NCBI GenBank assembly: GCA_963733195.1
Contig: CAVTCR010000019.1
Location: 1-64,000 of the forward strand
Direction: 5' to 3'
Length of the DNA: 64,000 nucleotides
Source: an uncultured delta proteobacterium
GTDB lineage: Bacteria > Desulfobacterota > Binatia > Bin18
The position numbers and the translations under genes are program-made. Position 1 is the first letter of the stretch. Every line of letters begins with the position of its first letter. Of this stretch, positions 12,334 through 21,434 are shown piece after piece. The notes under the pieces were generated by a model. That model searched no databases. It was not told where the DNA came from and saw only the letters and a list, made by a program, of their open reading frames with translations.

Positions 12334-12369
12334 CCCTCTCTCCTTGAGGGAGAGGGCTAGGGTGAGGGG
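12334..12369. repeat. REP-like hairpin of the CCCTCTCC...GGGAGAGGG-GGGTGAGGG type
   Basis: ccctctctccttgagggagagggctagggtgagggg. Confidence 0.65.
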
Positions 12370-12372
12370 CGA

Positions 12373-13275
12373 ATGGGAGCCAAGCTCCGGTTCAGTAAAG
12401 AAACGAGACACAGCAGAACGTCACAACTCATCAGCGGGCAAACGCGGATCGTCGGCATCTTTGGTGATCCGATTGCCCATACACGCTCACCAGCAATGCA
12501 GAATGCCGCGTTTCAGGCACGTAACCTCCCCTACGTGTATGTGCCCTACTTAGTCCGCCCCAGTGAGCTTTCTAGAGCGGTGCAAGGTATTCGTGCTCTC
12601 AATCTCGCAGGAATTAATGTCACAGTACCACACAAAGAGCGCATCGTTCGCTATCTCGATTCGTTGAGTGAGGAAGCCAAGCTGTGTGGAGCAGTCAATA
12701 CGATCGTTAATTGCGAGGGTCACCTGTTCGGAGATAATACTGACGGTCGTGGCTTTCTGCAATCACTGCAAGAGTATGGACTGTCACCGGAACAAGGAGA
12801 GGTCGTGCTGATCGGCGCTGGCGGATCAGCACGTGCCGTGTTGGTGTCGCTACTGCGTGCAGGGTATGGGCCAATCACGATTGTTAATCGCACGGTGGCC
12901 AACGCAAAATCGCTCGCGCGAGATTACCGCAATCTCGGCAAAACTGAGGTGGGCGCGTTACCTCTCGATGCTCTGCAAAACCCACAGCTGTTGAAACGTG
13001 CTTCGCTAATCATAAACAGCACCTCTGTCGGGCTGCACGGCGAAGACTTTTTTCCGCTCGCCTACGACGCTACTCCGCGCAATTGTATATTTTACGATCT
13101 CCTATACAGGTCGAAGCCTACGTCATTCCTGTGCAGAGCACAAAAGGTGCGTCGCGCCATCATCGATGGACGAGAGATGCTTCTACATCAAGGAGCGCTA
13201 GCGTTTTCGCTCTGGACAGGAGTTCTTGCGCCATTACGAATAATGAAGCAAGCGTTAAGTCGAGCACTTCAGTAG
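12373..13275 (+). CDS. aroE: shikimate dehydrogenase
   Basis: SPAMQN, NVTVPHK, GAVNT, GDNTDG, GAGGSAR, DLLY. Confidence 0.93.
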   Translation: MGAKLRFSKETRHSRTSQLISGQTRIVGIFGDPIAHTRSPAMQNAAFQARNLPYVYVPYLVRPSELSRAVQGIRALNLAGINVTVPHKERIVRYLDSLSEEAKLCGAVNTIVNCEGHLFGDNTDGRGFLQSLQEYGLSPEQGEVVLIGAGGSARAVLVSLLRAGYGPITIVNRTVANAKSLARDYRNLGKTEVGALPLDALQNPQLLKRASLIINSTSVGLHGEDFFPLAYDATPRNCIFYDLLYRSKPTSFLCRAQKVRRAIIDGREMLLHQGALAFSLWTGVLAPLRIMKQALSRALQ

Positions 13276-13504
13276 TGCTCTTTCTGGGCCTTGTGCTCGC
13301 TCAATTTCCGTCCTGACTTTCCGATTACGTCTGTAGGAAGAAGTTCCTTCCGATACTTTGCTATTTTCCTCAAAACTCTTGCCTTCCCGGTTCTTTCCGT
13401 TGTAAGGGACAGGGTAAGGAGTGCGCCTCCGCCATGCTAAAGGAACACCTCACTTCTCCCGATACAGGAACCATCACCTACTACTTCCAGAATCCGAGGT
13501 ATTT

Positions 13505-14725
13505 ATGGCAATTTTCATTTGGCAAGGGGTTGGCCCGAACGGCGAGTCCGTACAAGGGGAGATGGAAGCAGCGTCGCGCGACGCTGTAGTTTCTCGCCTT
13601 CGCGCCCAACGTATTCGCCCGAAGACGAATAAGATCAGAGCAAAGGGCAAATTCGACCAGGACATCAAAATCCCTGGGTTTGGCGAGAAAGTCGCACCCA
13701 AAGATATCGTGATCTTCACCCGCCAGCTTGCAACCATGATCGATGCTGGGTTGCCAATTGTGCAATCGCTCGACGTCCTCGCCCAGCAAAGTGAGAACAA
13801 AACTTTCAGCAAGATTATTAAACAGATTAAGCATGACGTAGAAAGTGGAACTACCTTTTCCGATGCCCTCCGTAAGCATAGTAAGCAGTTTGACGACCTC
13901 TATACCAACATGGTTCATGCCGGTGAGATCGGCGGTATCCTTGATACTATTCTCGCTCGCCTATCCGGCTATATGGAAAAGGCGATCAAACTGAAAGCAA
14001 AAATTAAGGGAGCGATGATCTATCCGATCAGTATCGTTTCTGTCGCGATCATCGTCACCGGAATCTTATTGATCTTTGTTATCCCTACTTTCTCAGACAT
14101 GTTTTCCAGCTTCGGCAAGGCTCTCCCGCTGCCGACACAAATTGCCATCAACTTGAGTTACGTCACTATCGCCTATCTCAAGTACATTATTGCCTTCTGG
14201 ATAGCGCTCGTTATGGCTGTACGTATGTGGTACAAGACCGAAAAAGGGCGCTATGCCATTGATGGGTTCTTGCTGAAACTGCCAATCTTCGGTCAACTTC
14301 TGCGCAAAGCCGCAGTCGCGAGATTCACGCGGACCCTGGCAACATTACTCTCCTCCGGCGTCCCAGTTCTCGACTCTCTCTTGATCACGGGAAAAACCGC
14401 AGGAAATAAGGTTGTTGAGAAAGCAATCCTCAATGCACGTCAGAGTATCAGTGAAGGCAAAACATTGACCGAACCGCTGCTCGCTAGCAATGTATTCCCT
14501 CCTATGGTTTGCCAAATGATTAACGTCGGCGAGACAACAGGTGCGCTCGATTCGATGCTCAACAAAATTGCCGACTTCTATGATGACGAAGTAGATAACG
14601 CCGTCAGTAACTTGACTGCCCTGATGGAACCATTAGTGATTGCGTTTCTCGGTATAGTCATCGGTGGTCTCGTTGTTGCCATGTATATGCCGATCTTCAA
14701 AATGGGCTCTATTATTAACGGTTAA
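13505..14725 (+). CDS. pilC: type IV pilus platform protein PilC
   Basis: FTRQLATMIDAG, GEIGGILD, GETTGALD, LMEP..MYMPIF. Confidence 0.93.
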   Translation: MAIFIWQGVGPNGESVQGEMEAASRDAVVSRLRAQRIRPKTNKIRAKGKFDQDIKIPGFGEKVAPKDIVIFTRQLATMIDAGLPIVQSLDVLAQQSENKTFSKIIKQIKHDVESGTTFSDALRKHSKQFDDLYTNMVHAGEIGGILDTILARLSGYMEKAIKLKAKIKGAMIYPISIVSVAIIVTGILLIFVIPTFSDMFSSFGKALPLPTQIAINLSYVTIAYLKYIIAFWIALVMAVRMWYKTEKGRYAIDGFLLKLPIFGQLLRKAAVARFTRTLATLLSSGVPVLDSLLITGKTAGNKVVEKAILNARQSISEGKTLTEPLLASNVFPPMVCQMINVGETTGALDSMLNKIADFYDDEVDNAVSNLTALMEPLVIAFLGIVIGGLVVAMYMPIFKMGSIING

Positions 14726-14731
14726 GAATCC

Positions 14732-16744
14732 ATGTCTGATTCGCAGACCGCTCTGCGCCAGCGCTTCACGTGGTTTCTGCTTCTCCGAGTCGGAATCACC
14801 ACTTGCCTGCTTGGGGCGGTCTTTCTTTCTTACCAACATGGGAGTTTCGCTACACCTTCCGAGCGCATGCTCCTCGGTGTTATCGTCTTCACAAACCTCG
14901 TCTCTCTGACCTCAGGTCTCCTGCTCACTCGAGTGCGGAATCTTGCTGTATTGGCGTACACTCAGGTATTTTTTGATCCACTTTTCGTTACGGGGATTAT
15001 CTTACTCACAGGTGGGATCGAGAGCCCCTTCGCTTTTCTCTACCATCTCGCCATCCTCAATGCCGCCTTTCTTCTCTTTCGCCGTGGCGCACTCGTTGCT
15101 GCGACTATGGCAGCATTGTGTTACGGAAGCGCGGTTGATTTGCTGTATTACGGTATCTTGCCCTACTCGGAATTCAGTGCTTCGGTCTTTTTGCTCGCAA
15201 GTCCAACTCCTGGCCTTGCTCTGACCGTGCGCCTCGCCGCAACCCTCGTCTCTTTCTATCTCATCGCTTTTCTCGGCAGTTATCTCACTCATCGACTATT
15301 TCAAATCGAAATGCTTTTGGCAGCACGGAATCTAGAGTTCGGGCACCTTTCATCTCTCTATCAAGGAATCATCCAACATCTCGAAAGTGGACTACTCATC
15401 ACGAACAACAGGGGTGTTATCGAGTATGCAAATGGCGCAATAGCAGAGATCTCTGGGATTCAAGCAGCCACGTTACTCGGGAAAGCTGTGGCTGACTGCT
15501 TTCCTGTACTACGTGACACGAAAGCTGCTGGGGAACCATTCGAGTTCACCTTTCGTGGGCAAGAGGATCCTGTCGAACGAGTCCTCCGCCTGACGTGCTC
15601 TCCACTGAGCGATACATACGGCAATGGGATCGGCGTGCTGTACAGCGTGCAGGATATTACGAGCGTGAAAACACTCGAACGTAGCTTACAGGCAGTTCAG
15701 GAGACTGAGTATGTTGATTTGCAGAAAGAAGAAGAGGCTGTAGAGACGTTTGCCGGCCTTGTTGGACGGAGCGCAGTGATGAACAAGGTGTACCAGCTCA
15801 TCGCCAAAGTCGCAGGCAGCACAAGCACGGTGCTTATCATCGGCGAGAGTGGTACCGGGAAAGAGCTGGTAGCACGTGCAATTCACGACAAGGGACCGCG
15901 CGCCAAGCGCCCATTTATCCCGGTCAATTGTGGAGCGATTCCAGAGTCACTCATGGAGAGTGAACTTTTTGGTCATGTCAAGGGCGCTTTCACTGGAGCC
16001 GTCAATAATCGATTAGGACTATTTCGAGAAGCTGACGGCGGTACCCTCTTTCTAGACGAAATTGGCGAACTCCCTTTACCCCTACAAGTGAAGCTCCTTC
16101 GTGTCCTCCAAGAACGAGAAGTGACTCCGATCGGTAGCAATAAAGGAGTGCATGTTGATGTCCGAGTTATCGCAGCAACCAATCGCGATCTTGAAGCGGA
16201 AGTTGCAGCAGGACGGTTTCGTCAAGATCTTTTTTATCGACTTAATGTCATCTCCATCTTCGTCCCACCCCTGCGGGACCGCATTGGTGACTTACCGCTC
16301 TTGATCCATCATTTTCTCGTCCGGTTCGCTACCGCAAGTGGAAAGGCTCCTCACCAACTTTCTCCACAAGCAATGCGGGTATTACTCGACTACCATTATC
16401 CAGGCAATATTCGCGAGTTAGAAAATATTATCCAGCATGCGGTCACGATGGCCGAAGAAGACACCATTCGCAGTAAAGACTTTCCGGCACATCTACACAC
16501 GCCGGTTCTTCCCCGCACAGAAAATTCTTCCAAGGGTGGAGAACAGAACGGTAATAGAGCTGAAGCATCTACCGACTTCTTCAGTAAAGGGGTCAGTTTA
16601 GATGCCGAGCTAGAAGCGTACGAGCAGAACATCCTTCGCGCCGCACTCGAAAAGGCCGGTGGAGTCCAAAAGAAGGCCGCCGAAGTCCTTGGCATCAATT
16701 ATCGCTCCCTCCGCCATCGTTTACAAAAGTATCGCTTGCCGTGA
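14732..16744 (+). CDS. membrane-anchored sigma54 activator: PilS-like TM region + PAS + AAA+ + Fis HTH
   Basis: Hydrophobic helices with TGGIESPF, PAS domain (ESGLLITN..VQDIT), GESGTGKE, GAFTGA, LFLDEIGE, FRQDLFYRL, C-terminal HTH; no H-box and no receiver domain. Confidence 0.88.
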   Translation: MSDSQTALRQRFTWFLLLRVGITTCLLGAVFLSYQHGSFATPSERMLLGVIVFTNLVSLTSGLLLTRVRNLAVLAYTQVFFDPLFVTGIILLTGGIESPFAFLYHLAILNAAFLLFRRGALVAATMAALCYGSAVDLLYYGILPYSEFSASVFLLASPTPGLALTVRLAATLVSFYLIAFLGSYLTHRLFQIEMLLAARNLEFGHLSSLYQGIIQHLESGLLITNNRGVIEYANGAIAEISGIQAATLLGKAVADCFPVLRDTKAAGEPFEFTFRGQEDPVERVLRLTCSPLSDTYGNGIGVLYSVQDITSVKTLERSLQAVQETEYVDLQKEEEAVETFAGLVGRSAVMNKVYQLIAKVAGSTSTVLIIGESGTGKELVARAIHDKGPRAKRPFIPVNCGAIPESLMESELFGHVKGAFTGAVNNRLGLFREADGGTLFLDEIGELPLPLQVKLLRVLQEREVTPIGSNKGVHVDVRVIAATNRDLEAEVAAGRFRQDLFYRLNVISIFVPPLRDRIGDLPLLIHHFLVRFATASGKAPHQLSPQAMRVLLDYHYPGNIRELENIIQHAVTMAEEDTIRSKDFPAHLHTPVLPRTENSSKGGEQNGNRAEASTDFFSKGVSLDAELEAYEQNILRAALEKAGGVQKKAAEVLGINYRSLRHRLQKYRLP

Positions 16745-16906
16745 AAGGTTTCACGACAAGCGCTATTACACCATCAGTCGAAGAGTCTCGCGCAAAGGAT
16801 CTCTAATCTTACGAGACAGTGAAGGCCGACAGCTTTGGAAACAAGAACCCGGTCTGTTTCATATTCATATTCTTCCGATAAGCGGGATCGCTCGCCGCTA
16901 AATGGC

Positions 16907-16937
16907 TCCACACTGGATGGAAAGTGCTAATTTTTTT
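16907..16937 (+). repeat. direct repeat, copy 1, upstream of pilin 1
   Basis: tccacactggatggaaagtgctaatttttt, matches 17917-17946. Confidence 0.8.
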
Positions 16938-17073
16938 GAGGGCGACCAGACAAGGCTGTCAATCGCCCTCCGTACTGCTAACAGACGCAGGCTTCCATCA
17001 TCCGTCACGCCTAGTACTTTTCGTTCATTGTAGTTTTATTTAGATGAGAAAACGACGAAACAATCACTCTTAA

Positions 17074-17088
17074 TGCCATAAAATGTCA
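17074..17088 (+). promoter_or_regulatory. candidate enhancer (UAS) TGCC-N6-TGTCA for pilin 1
   Basis: tgccataaaatgtca; same motif at similar spacing before pilin 2. Confidence 0.5.
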
Positions 17089-17204
17089 TTTCTTCCATTC
17101 TGGGTTCTGCACTTATATGGAACTGACAATGAAGTCTCACTTTCTCAATAGCGAAAGTATGTGAATTCTCAGTAAATTGTTTTTCTTTTCAGAAATTTCA
17201 CATC

Positions 17205-17220
17205 TGGCATATACCTTGCT
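17205..17220 (+). promoter_or_regulatory. sigma54 -24/-12 promoter of pilin 1
   Basis: TGGCAT-ATACC-TTGCT fits TGGCAC-N5-TTGCW. Confidence 0.85.
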
Positions 17221-17414
17221 CAAGCAACCTAGCAAGAAAATGCAACTCAGAAAAAAGAGTTAAACCGAGAAAGGAGACTGCCGATATAAAAGACAACGAG
17301 CGTGCTAGGTAGCAACAGAAGGCATGCTCTAAAAGGCAAAAACAGAGTTGGAAGGTAACTTTGGAACATAACCTGTAGCTAAGATTCGTAATTTATTCAG
17401 AGGAGGTCTTCATC

Positions 17415-17777
17415 ATGGTCCTAAAGAGTCAAAAGGGTTTTACTCTCATCGAATTGCTGGTCGTGGTTGCCATCATCGGTATTCTGGCCGCAATTGCTAT
17501 CCCGCAGTTTGCTGCATATCGGAAACAGGCGTTCTGCAGTCGGGTTGAGTCGGATGTGAAAAACGCTGTCACGACGCTTGAAGCCCAATATGCTGCAACT
17601 GAAGACTATACTGGAGCAACCATCAATAGCAGCACTGGTGTAACCGTAACCCCTACCACTGCAACAGACTCAATTACCAGTGTCACTGGAACACATGCGA
17701 ACTGTGATCACGATGCCGACGGTACCTCTGGTGACACATTCACGTTTACGGGTGCCACTGGTCAATACTCCTGGTAA
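17415..17777 (+). CDS. pilA: type IVa major pilin
   Basis: KG|FTLIELLVVVAIIGILAAIAIPQF; RBS aggagg; own promoter and terminator. Confidence 0.92.
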   Translation: MVLKSQKGFTLIELLVVVAIIGILAAIAIPQFAAYRKQAFCSRVESDVKNAVTTLEAQYAATEDYTGATINSSTGVTVTPTTATDSITSVTGTHANCDHDADGTSGDTFTFTGATGQYSW

Positions 17778-17808
17778 TAACAGGCAGTAGCTGAGAGGGA
17801 AGAAACAG

Positions 17809-17852
17809 ACGGCGGGTGTTATCTTACTGATAGCACCCGCCGTTTTGCTCTT
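17809..17852 (+). terminator. intrinsic terminator after pilin 1
   Basis: acggcgggtgttatc-loop-gatagcacccgccgt followed by tttgctctt. Confidence 0.8.
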
Positions 17853-17916
17853 GGTGGCGACTAATCCCCCCAAAGTGCATATGCAACAGGAAGACAATTC
17901 ACCCCAGTACAATAAG

Positions 17917-17946
17917 TCCACATTCGATGGAAAGTGCTAATTTTTT
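17917..17946 (+). repeat. direct repeat, copy 2
   Basis: tccacattcgatggaaagtgctaatttttt. Confidence 0.8.
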
Positions 17947-18099
17947 AACTGATGACCGTCAAGCTATCAGCCGCGTCATGAGAGGGTCGCTCCAGTATCT
18001 GGGACGTCGACATTTCCTTCACGTAGAATTCCATACTTCAGACAGTGGACGACTAAAGTCAGCTATGGCTTAACCTAGTCTGCCCAAAAGTATTCATCT

Positions 18100-18420
18100 A
18101 ACGTCTCCCGTTTCTGGCTGGAATATCAACTCTTGGGTCTTTGACCAACCGGTTATCACCTGGTCAATGTTTTGCTCCACGGAGGCAACGCACTCCTCTT
18201 GTGGGCTGTTCTTCGGACTCTTGCTATTCCGGGAGCATGGCTGGCTGCCGCATATGCTGTCAGACTGGAAGGTTTCGAGATGCTGCTGAGCACCGCTCAG
18301 AGTGCAGCCAGCTTAGCAAGCGCACAGGGCAGGCCAGACTTTGCCCAAAGAATCATGGCTCGTCTCCAGCTTTACCAAGCAGGCAGGCCATACCACGCAC
18401 TGCCTTCAAATCTGAGGCAA
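18100..18420 (+). pseudogene. internally deleted TMTC-like (GT-C/TPR) membrane protein relic
   Basis: [46 protein letters not shown] joined to a TPR-type C-terminus ending [11 protein letters not shown]. Confidence 0.65.
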
Positions 18421-18498
18421 AGAGAAGATAGTCCCGATCATGGGCAGGACATTCTTTCCTGAATTCAATCAAATAAAAGAAGCCTTATTTTTTCGCTG

Positions 18499-18554
18499 TG
18501 CCGAAATCTGTCACTACGACATTTCTCGAATCTGTCGTGTGTCGTTTTTTGGCA
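18499..18554 (+). promoter_or_regulatory. candidate enhancer sites for pilin 2
   Basis: tgccgaaatctgtca at 18499-18513; inverted tgtcgttttttggca at 18540-18554; repeated (C/G)TGTC. Confidence 0.5.
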
Positions 18555-18617
18555 ACTGCCTCCCCTTCGTAGCGGAATATCATCAAATTATCTCCCTTAG
18601 TTCATATCAATTCTTAG

Positions 18618-18633
18618 TGGTACTCTTTTTGCT
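18618..18633 (+). promoter_or_regulatory. sigma54 promoter of pilin 2
   Basis: TGGTAC-TCTTT-TTGCT. Confidence 0.75.
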
Positions 18634-18693
18634 TATACAGCTTATACAAAAGAGCTGTTATGGCGGTGTAGATTATCGAAAGGCGCATCCACT

Positions 18694-19074
18694 ATGATAC
18701 AGAATACTAAGGGGTTTACTCTTATTGAATTACTCGTTGTAGTCGCCATAGTAGGAATTCTGAGTATGATTAGTATTTATCAATATGCTTACTTTCGAGA
18801 GGGTTCTTTCTGTGCTCGTGTTGAATCTGATGTTCATAATACAGTTTCAGCTCTCGAGTCTAGATACGCAGCCTTCTACACCTATGCTGGGGTTTCCGCA
18901 ATCCAGACCCAAAGCAACGGTATTGTAATTAACGTTAGTGCAACAGATGACCAGATTACAAATGTCAAAGGCAATCATCCTCGCTGTAAGAAAGGGGATT
19001 TCACTTTTGACCCTCTCGTAAATCCGACATTTCAATGGACTACCCTAATCATCCGGGAAAGTAGCTCCCTTTGA
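18694..19074 (+). CDS. second type IV pilin, paralog of pilin 1
   Basis: KG|FTLIELLVVVAIVG; shares FCxRVESDVxNxV and GxHxxC with pilin 1. Confidence 0.88.
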   Translation: MIQNTKGFTLIELLVVVAIVGILSMISIYQYAYFREGSFCARVESDVHNTVSALESRYAAFYTYAGVSAIQTQSNGIVINVSATDDQITNVKGNHPRCKKGDFTFDPLVNPTFQWTTLIIRESSSL

Positions 19075-19085
19075 AGATGACTTTG

Positions 19086-20471
19086 TCAATTCAGCTCTCG
19101 AATGATCTCTAACAATGAGCGAGCACCTGTCCACAAGCTAGCTAACGGAACTCGCTCATTCGTCCCGTGAACCCGGCGGGTATCATCTTCTGCAAGGGAC
19201 AAACCCGTAAAGCCGTAGCTCACAATCCCTTTGCGGCGGAAGTAATGCGCGTCGGTAAACCCACCAAGGACAGCAGGCACGACAGGAGCTTGAGGATCGT
19301 GCTTCTCTGCCACCGTCCGAATCGCACGAAACAGGTCAGTTTCGACCTCCGATGCTAGTGGAGGAAAATTCAAAAGGATAGAAAAACGGACTTCAGGATC
19401 GCCCACCACTTTCTCCAACATCGTCACGAACTGTTGTGGATCTTCACCAGGCAGGAGGCGACAATCGAGTTGCGCACGTGCGTGCGACGGAATAACGTTC
19501 GTCTTGTTACTTCCTTCAAGCACGGTCGGCGAGATAGTGTTGCGGATCAGAGCGTTGTGCGCTGGATTATTGGTAAATTCTTTAAAAAATTTCGGATCAG
19601 CTAACGCACGTTCGAGATTACGGTATTGGTCCGCTTTCGTTGGTTCTTCTCGCTCAGCGAGTGCCGAGAAGTACGCCTGAACCGCGGGGATCACTTTCAC
19701 TTCGGTTTCATGGTGGCGTATTTTTTCCAGTGCACGGATCAAGCGAGTGACTGCGGTTTCCGGCAGTGGCATCGAACCGTGCCCGGCTGGGCCATGGGCA
19801 TCAAGTTGCAGCCAACAGGGGGCTTTCTCCGCGATATCGACATTGTATGACCGCTGGCCATTGTGAACACGAATCCCTCCACCTTCGGTCAGCAAGAATT
19901 CCGCATCAGCAATAAGATCGGAGTGATTCTCCACAAACCACCCTGCCCCACTGTGCCCGCCAGTTTCCTCGTCAGCAGTACCAAGGAAGATAATATCTCG
20001 CTTCAGCGGCAACCTAAGACGTTTGAGTAGGGCAAGCGCCATAAACTGGGCGACGGCGACGCCTTTACAGTCTATCGCTCCACGCCCATAGACGTAACCA
20101 TCTTTGATTATTCCGCCAAATGGCTCAATTTCCCAGTCGGTCTTCACTGCGGGAACAACGTCGAGATGATGTAACAGGATGAGTGCTTTTTTTTCTCCGC
20201 TACCTTTGAGGCGCGCGTACACGACTCCACGACCGGGTTGGGATTCAAAGACTTGAGCATCCAGCCCGTCTTTCGCCAGCACCTCCTTCCAGAAGAGCGC
20301 GGCAGCAATTTCATTGCCTGGTGGGTTGGTTGTATCAACCCGAATATACCGACTGAGAAGATCTCCCGCCTCCTGCTCGACAGCTGCCCAATCTACCTCT
20401 ATAGCCCAACTTTGGGTCGTCAGGATGAAGAGAAGAGGAAAAAGTAAGAGCCGTCGAAGGAAGCGAATCAC
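19086..20471 (-). CDS. M20 family metallopeptidase with signal peptide
   Basis: DTTNPPGNE, HLDVVP, GRGAIDCKG, DEE, GHGS, HGTNER. Confidence 0.9.
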   Translation of the reverse strand: MIRFLRRLLLFPLLFILTTQSWAIEVDWAAVEQEAGDLLSRYIRVDTTNPPGNEIAAALFWKEVLAKDGLDAQVFESQPGRGVVYARLKGSGEKKALILLHHLDVVPAVKTDWEIEPFGGIIKDGYVYGRGAIDCKGVAVAQFMALALLKRLRLPLKRDIIFLGTADEETGGHSGAGWFVENHSDLIADAEFLLTEGGGIRVHNGQRSYNVDIAEKAPCWLQLDAHGPAGHGSMPLPETAVTRLIRALEKIRHHETEVKVIPAVQAYFSALAEREEPTKADQYRNLERALADPKFFKEFTNNPAHNALIRNTISPTVLEGSNKTNVIPSHARAQLDCRLLPGEDPQQFVTMLEKVVGDPEVRFSILLNFPPLASEVETDLFRAIRTVAEKHDPQAPVVPAVLGGFTDAHYFRRKGIVSYGFTGLSLAEDDTRRVHGTNERVPLASLWTGARSLLEIIRELN

Positions 20472-20541
20472 AAAACCACAATCCACAGTCCGCACTAGAT
20501 CGCCTCTCTTCCGAACACACCCCATGTCCTGGCATCATGTA

Positions 20542-21426
20542 TCATTGAGAAGGAACAAACAACGCTTCGGCTTCTCGTCGATCGACCACGTACTGTTCAT
20601 TGCAGAATTCACATGTGACGGACACGTTGGTCTCTTTTGTCAGTAAGTCCTGAATCTCTTCCTGTCCGAGAGCAACTAGCGTACCTAGAACGCGCTCACG
20701 TGAACAACGACAGCCAAAACGAACAGGCATCTCACCAACCGTGACTGGGGCAAAGCCTTTGAGCACATGAGCGAGAATATCTGTCGGCGTAGCTCCTTCA
20801 CGTACGAGTTGACTCACCGGTGTCGCTCGGGCGACATTGGCCTCGAGCTGCGCAATGGTTTCTTCATTCGCGCCAGGCATCACTTGTACAACGAATCCAC
20901 CTGCGGCTGCAATTGTCTCATCCGGCCTCACAAACACACCGAGACTAACTGCTGAAGGAATCTGCTCTGAATTTAACAAATAGTGAGCAACATCAGCCCC
21001 AATCTCTCCAGAGACGAGAGGAAGGATGCTGCGATACGGATCTTTTCTCCATGGTTGGTCACGGATCACAGTCAGAGTCCCTGCTCCAACTGCACCACCT
21101 ACATCAAGTTTCCCTTTTCTCAGCGGCAAGTGCGTACGAGGATAGTAGACGAATCCACGAACATCGCCCTGCGCATTCGCTTCGGCAAAAATCCCCTTTA
21201 ATGGACCATTACCGAGAAACTGTAAGGACAGACGTTCTTCTTCTTTCATCGTGCTGCTGAGCAGCAAGCTTGCGGTCAGCGCACGCCCTAATGCCGCGCT
21301 CGCCGTGGGTGCTGTCTGATGGCGTACTCGTGCTTCGTCCGCCAACCGCGTCGTAACAGCGACAGCCGCACGAATAGTTTTCTCTGCCGCTGTCGCCTTC
21401 ACCAGAACATCATCAGAGGATACCAT
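20542..21426 (-). CDS. hslO: Hsp33 redox-regulated chaperone
   Basis: SEQIPSAV, AAGGF, CxC and CEFC zinc motif. Confidence 0.95.
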   Translation of the reverse strand: MVSSDDVLVKATAAEKTIRAAVAVTTRLADEARVRHQTAPTASAALGRALTASLLLSSTMKEEERLSLQFLGNGPLKGIFAEANAQGDVRGFVYYPRTHLPLRKGKLDVGGAVGAGTLTVIRDQPWRKDPYRSILPLVSGEIGADVAHYLLNSEQIPSAVSLGVFVRPDETIAAAGGFVVQVMPGANEETIAQLEANVARATPVSQLVREGATPTDILAHVLKGFAPVTVGEMPVRFGCRCSRERVLGTLVALGQEEIQDLLTKETNVSVTCEFCNEQYVVDRREAEALFVPSQ

Positions 21427-21434
21427 ATTATCTC

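Noticed and set aside
16921-16930. CIRCE element (aagtgctaa), also the ttgacactc half-site before grpE
   Set aside because: Only one half-site in each case; no TTAGCACTC-N9 partner
17231-17414. c-di-GMP/GEMM riboswitch in the long pilin leader
   Set aside because: A-rich leader without a recognisable two-hairpin GEMM motif
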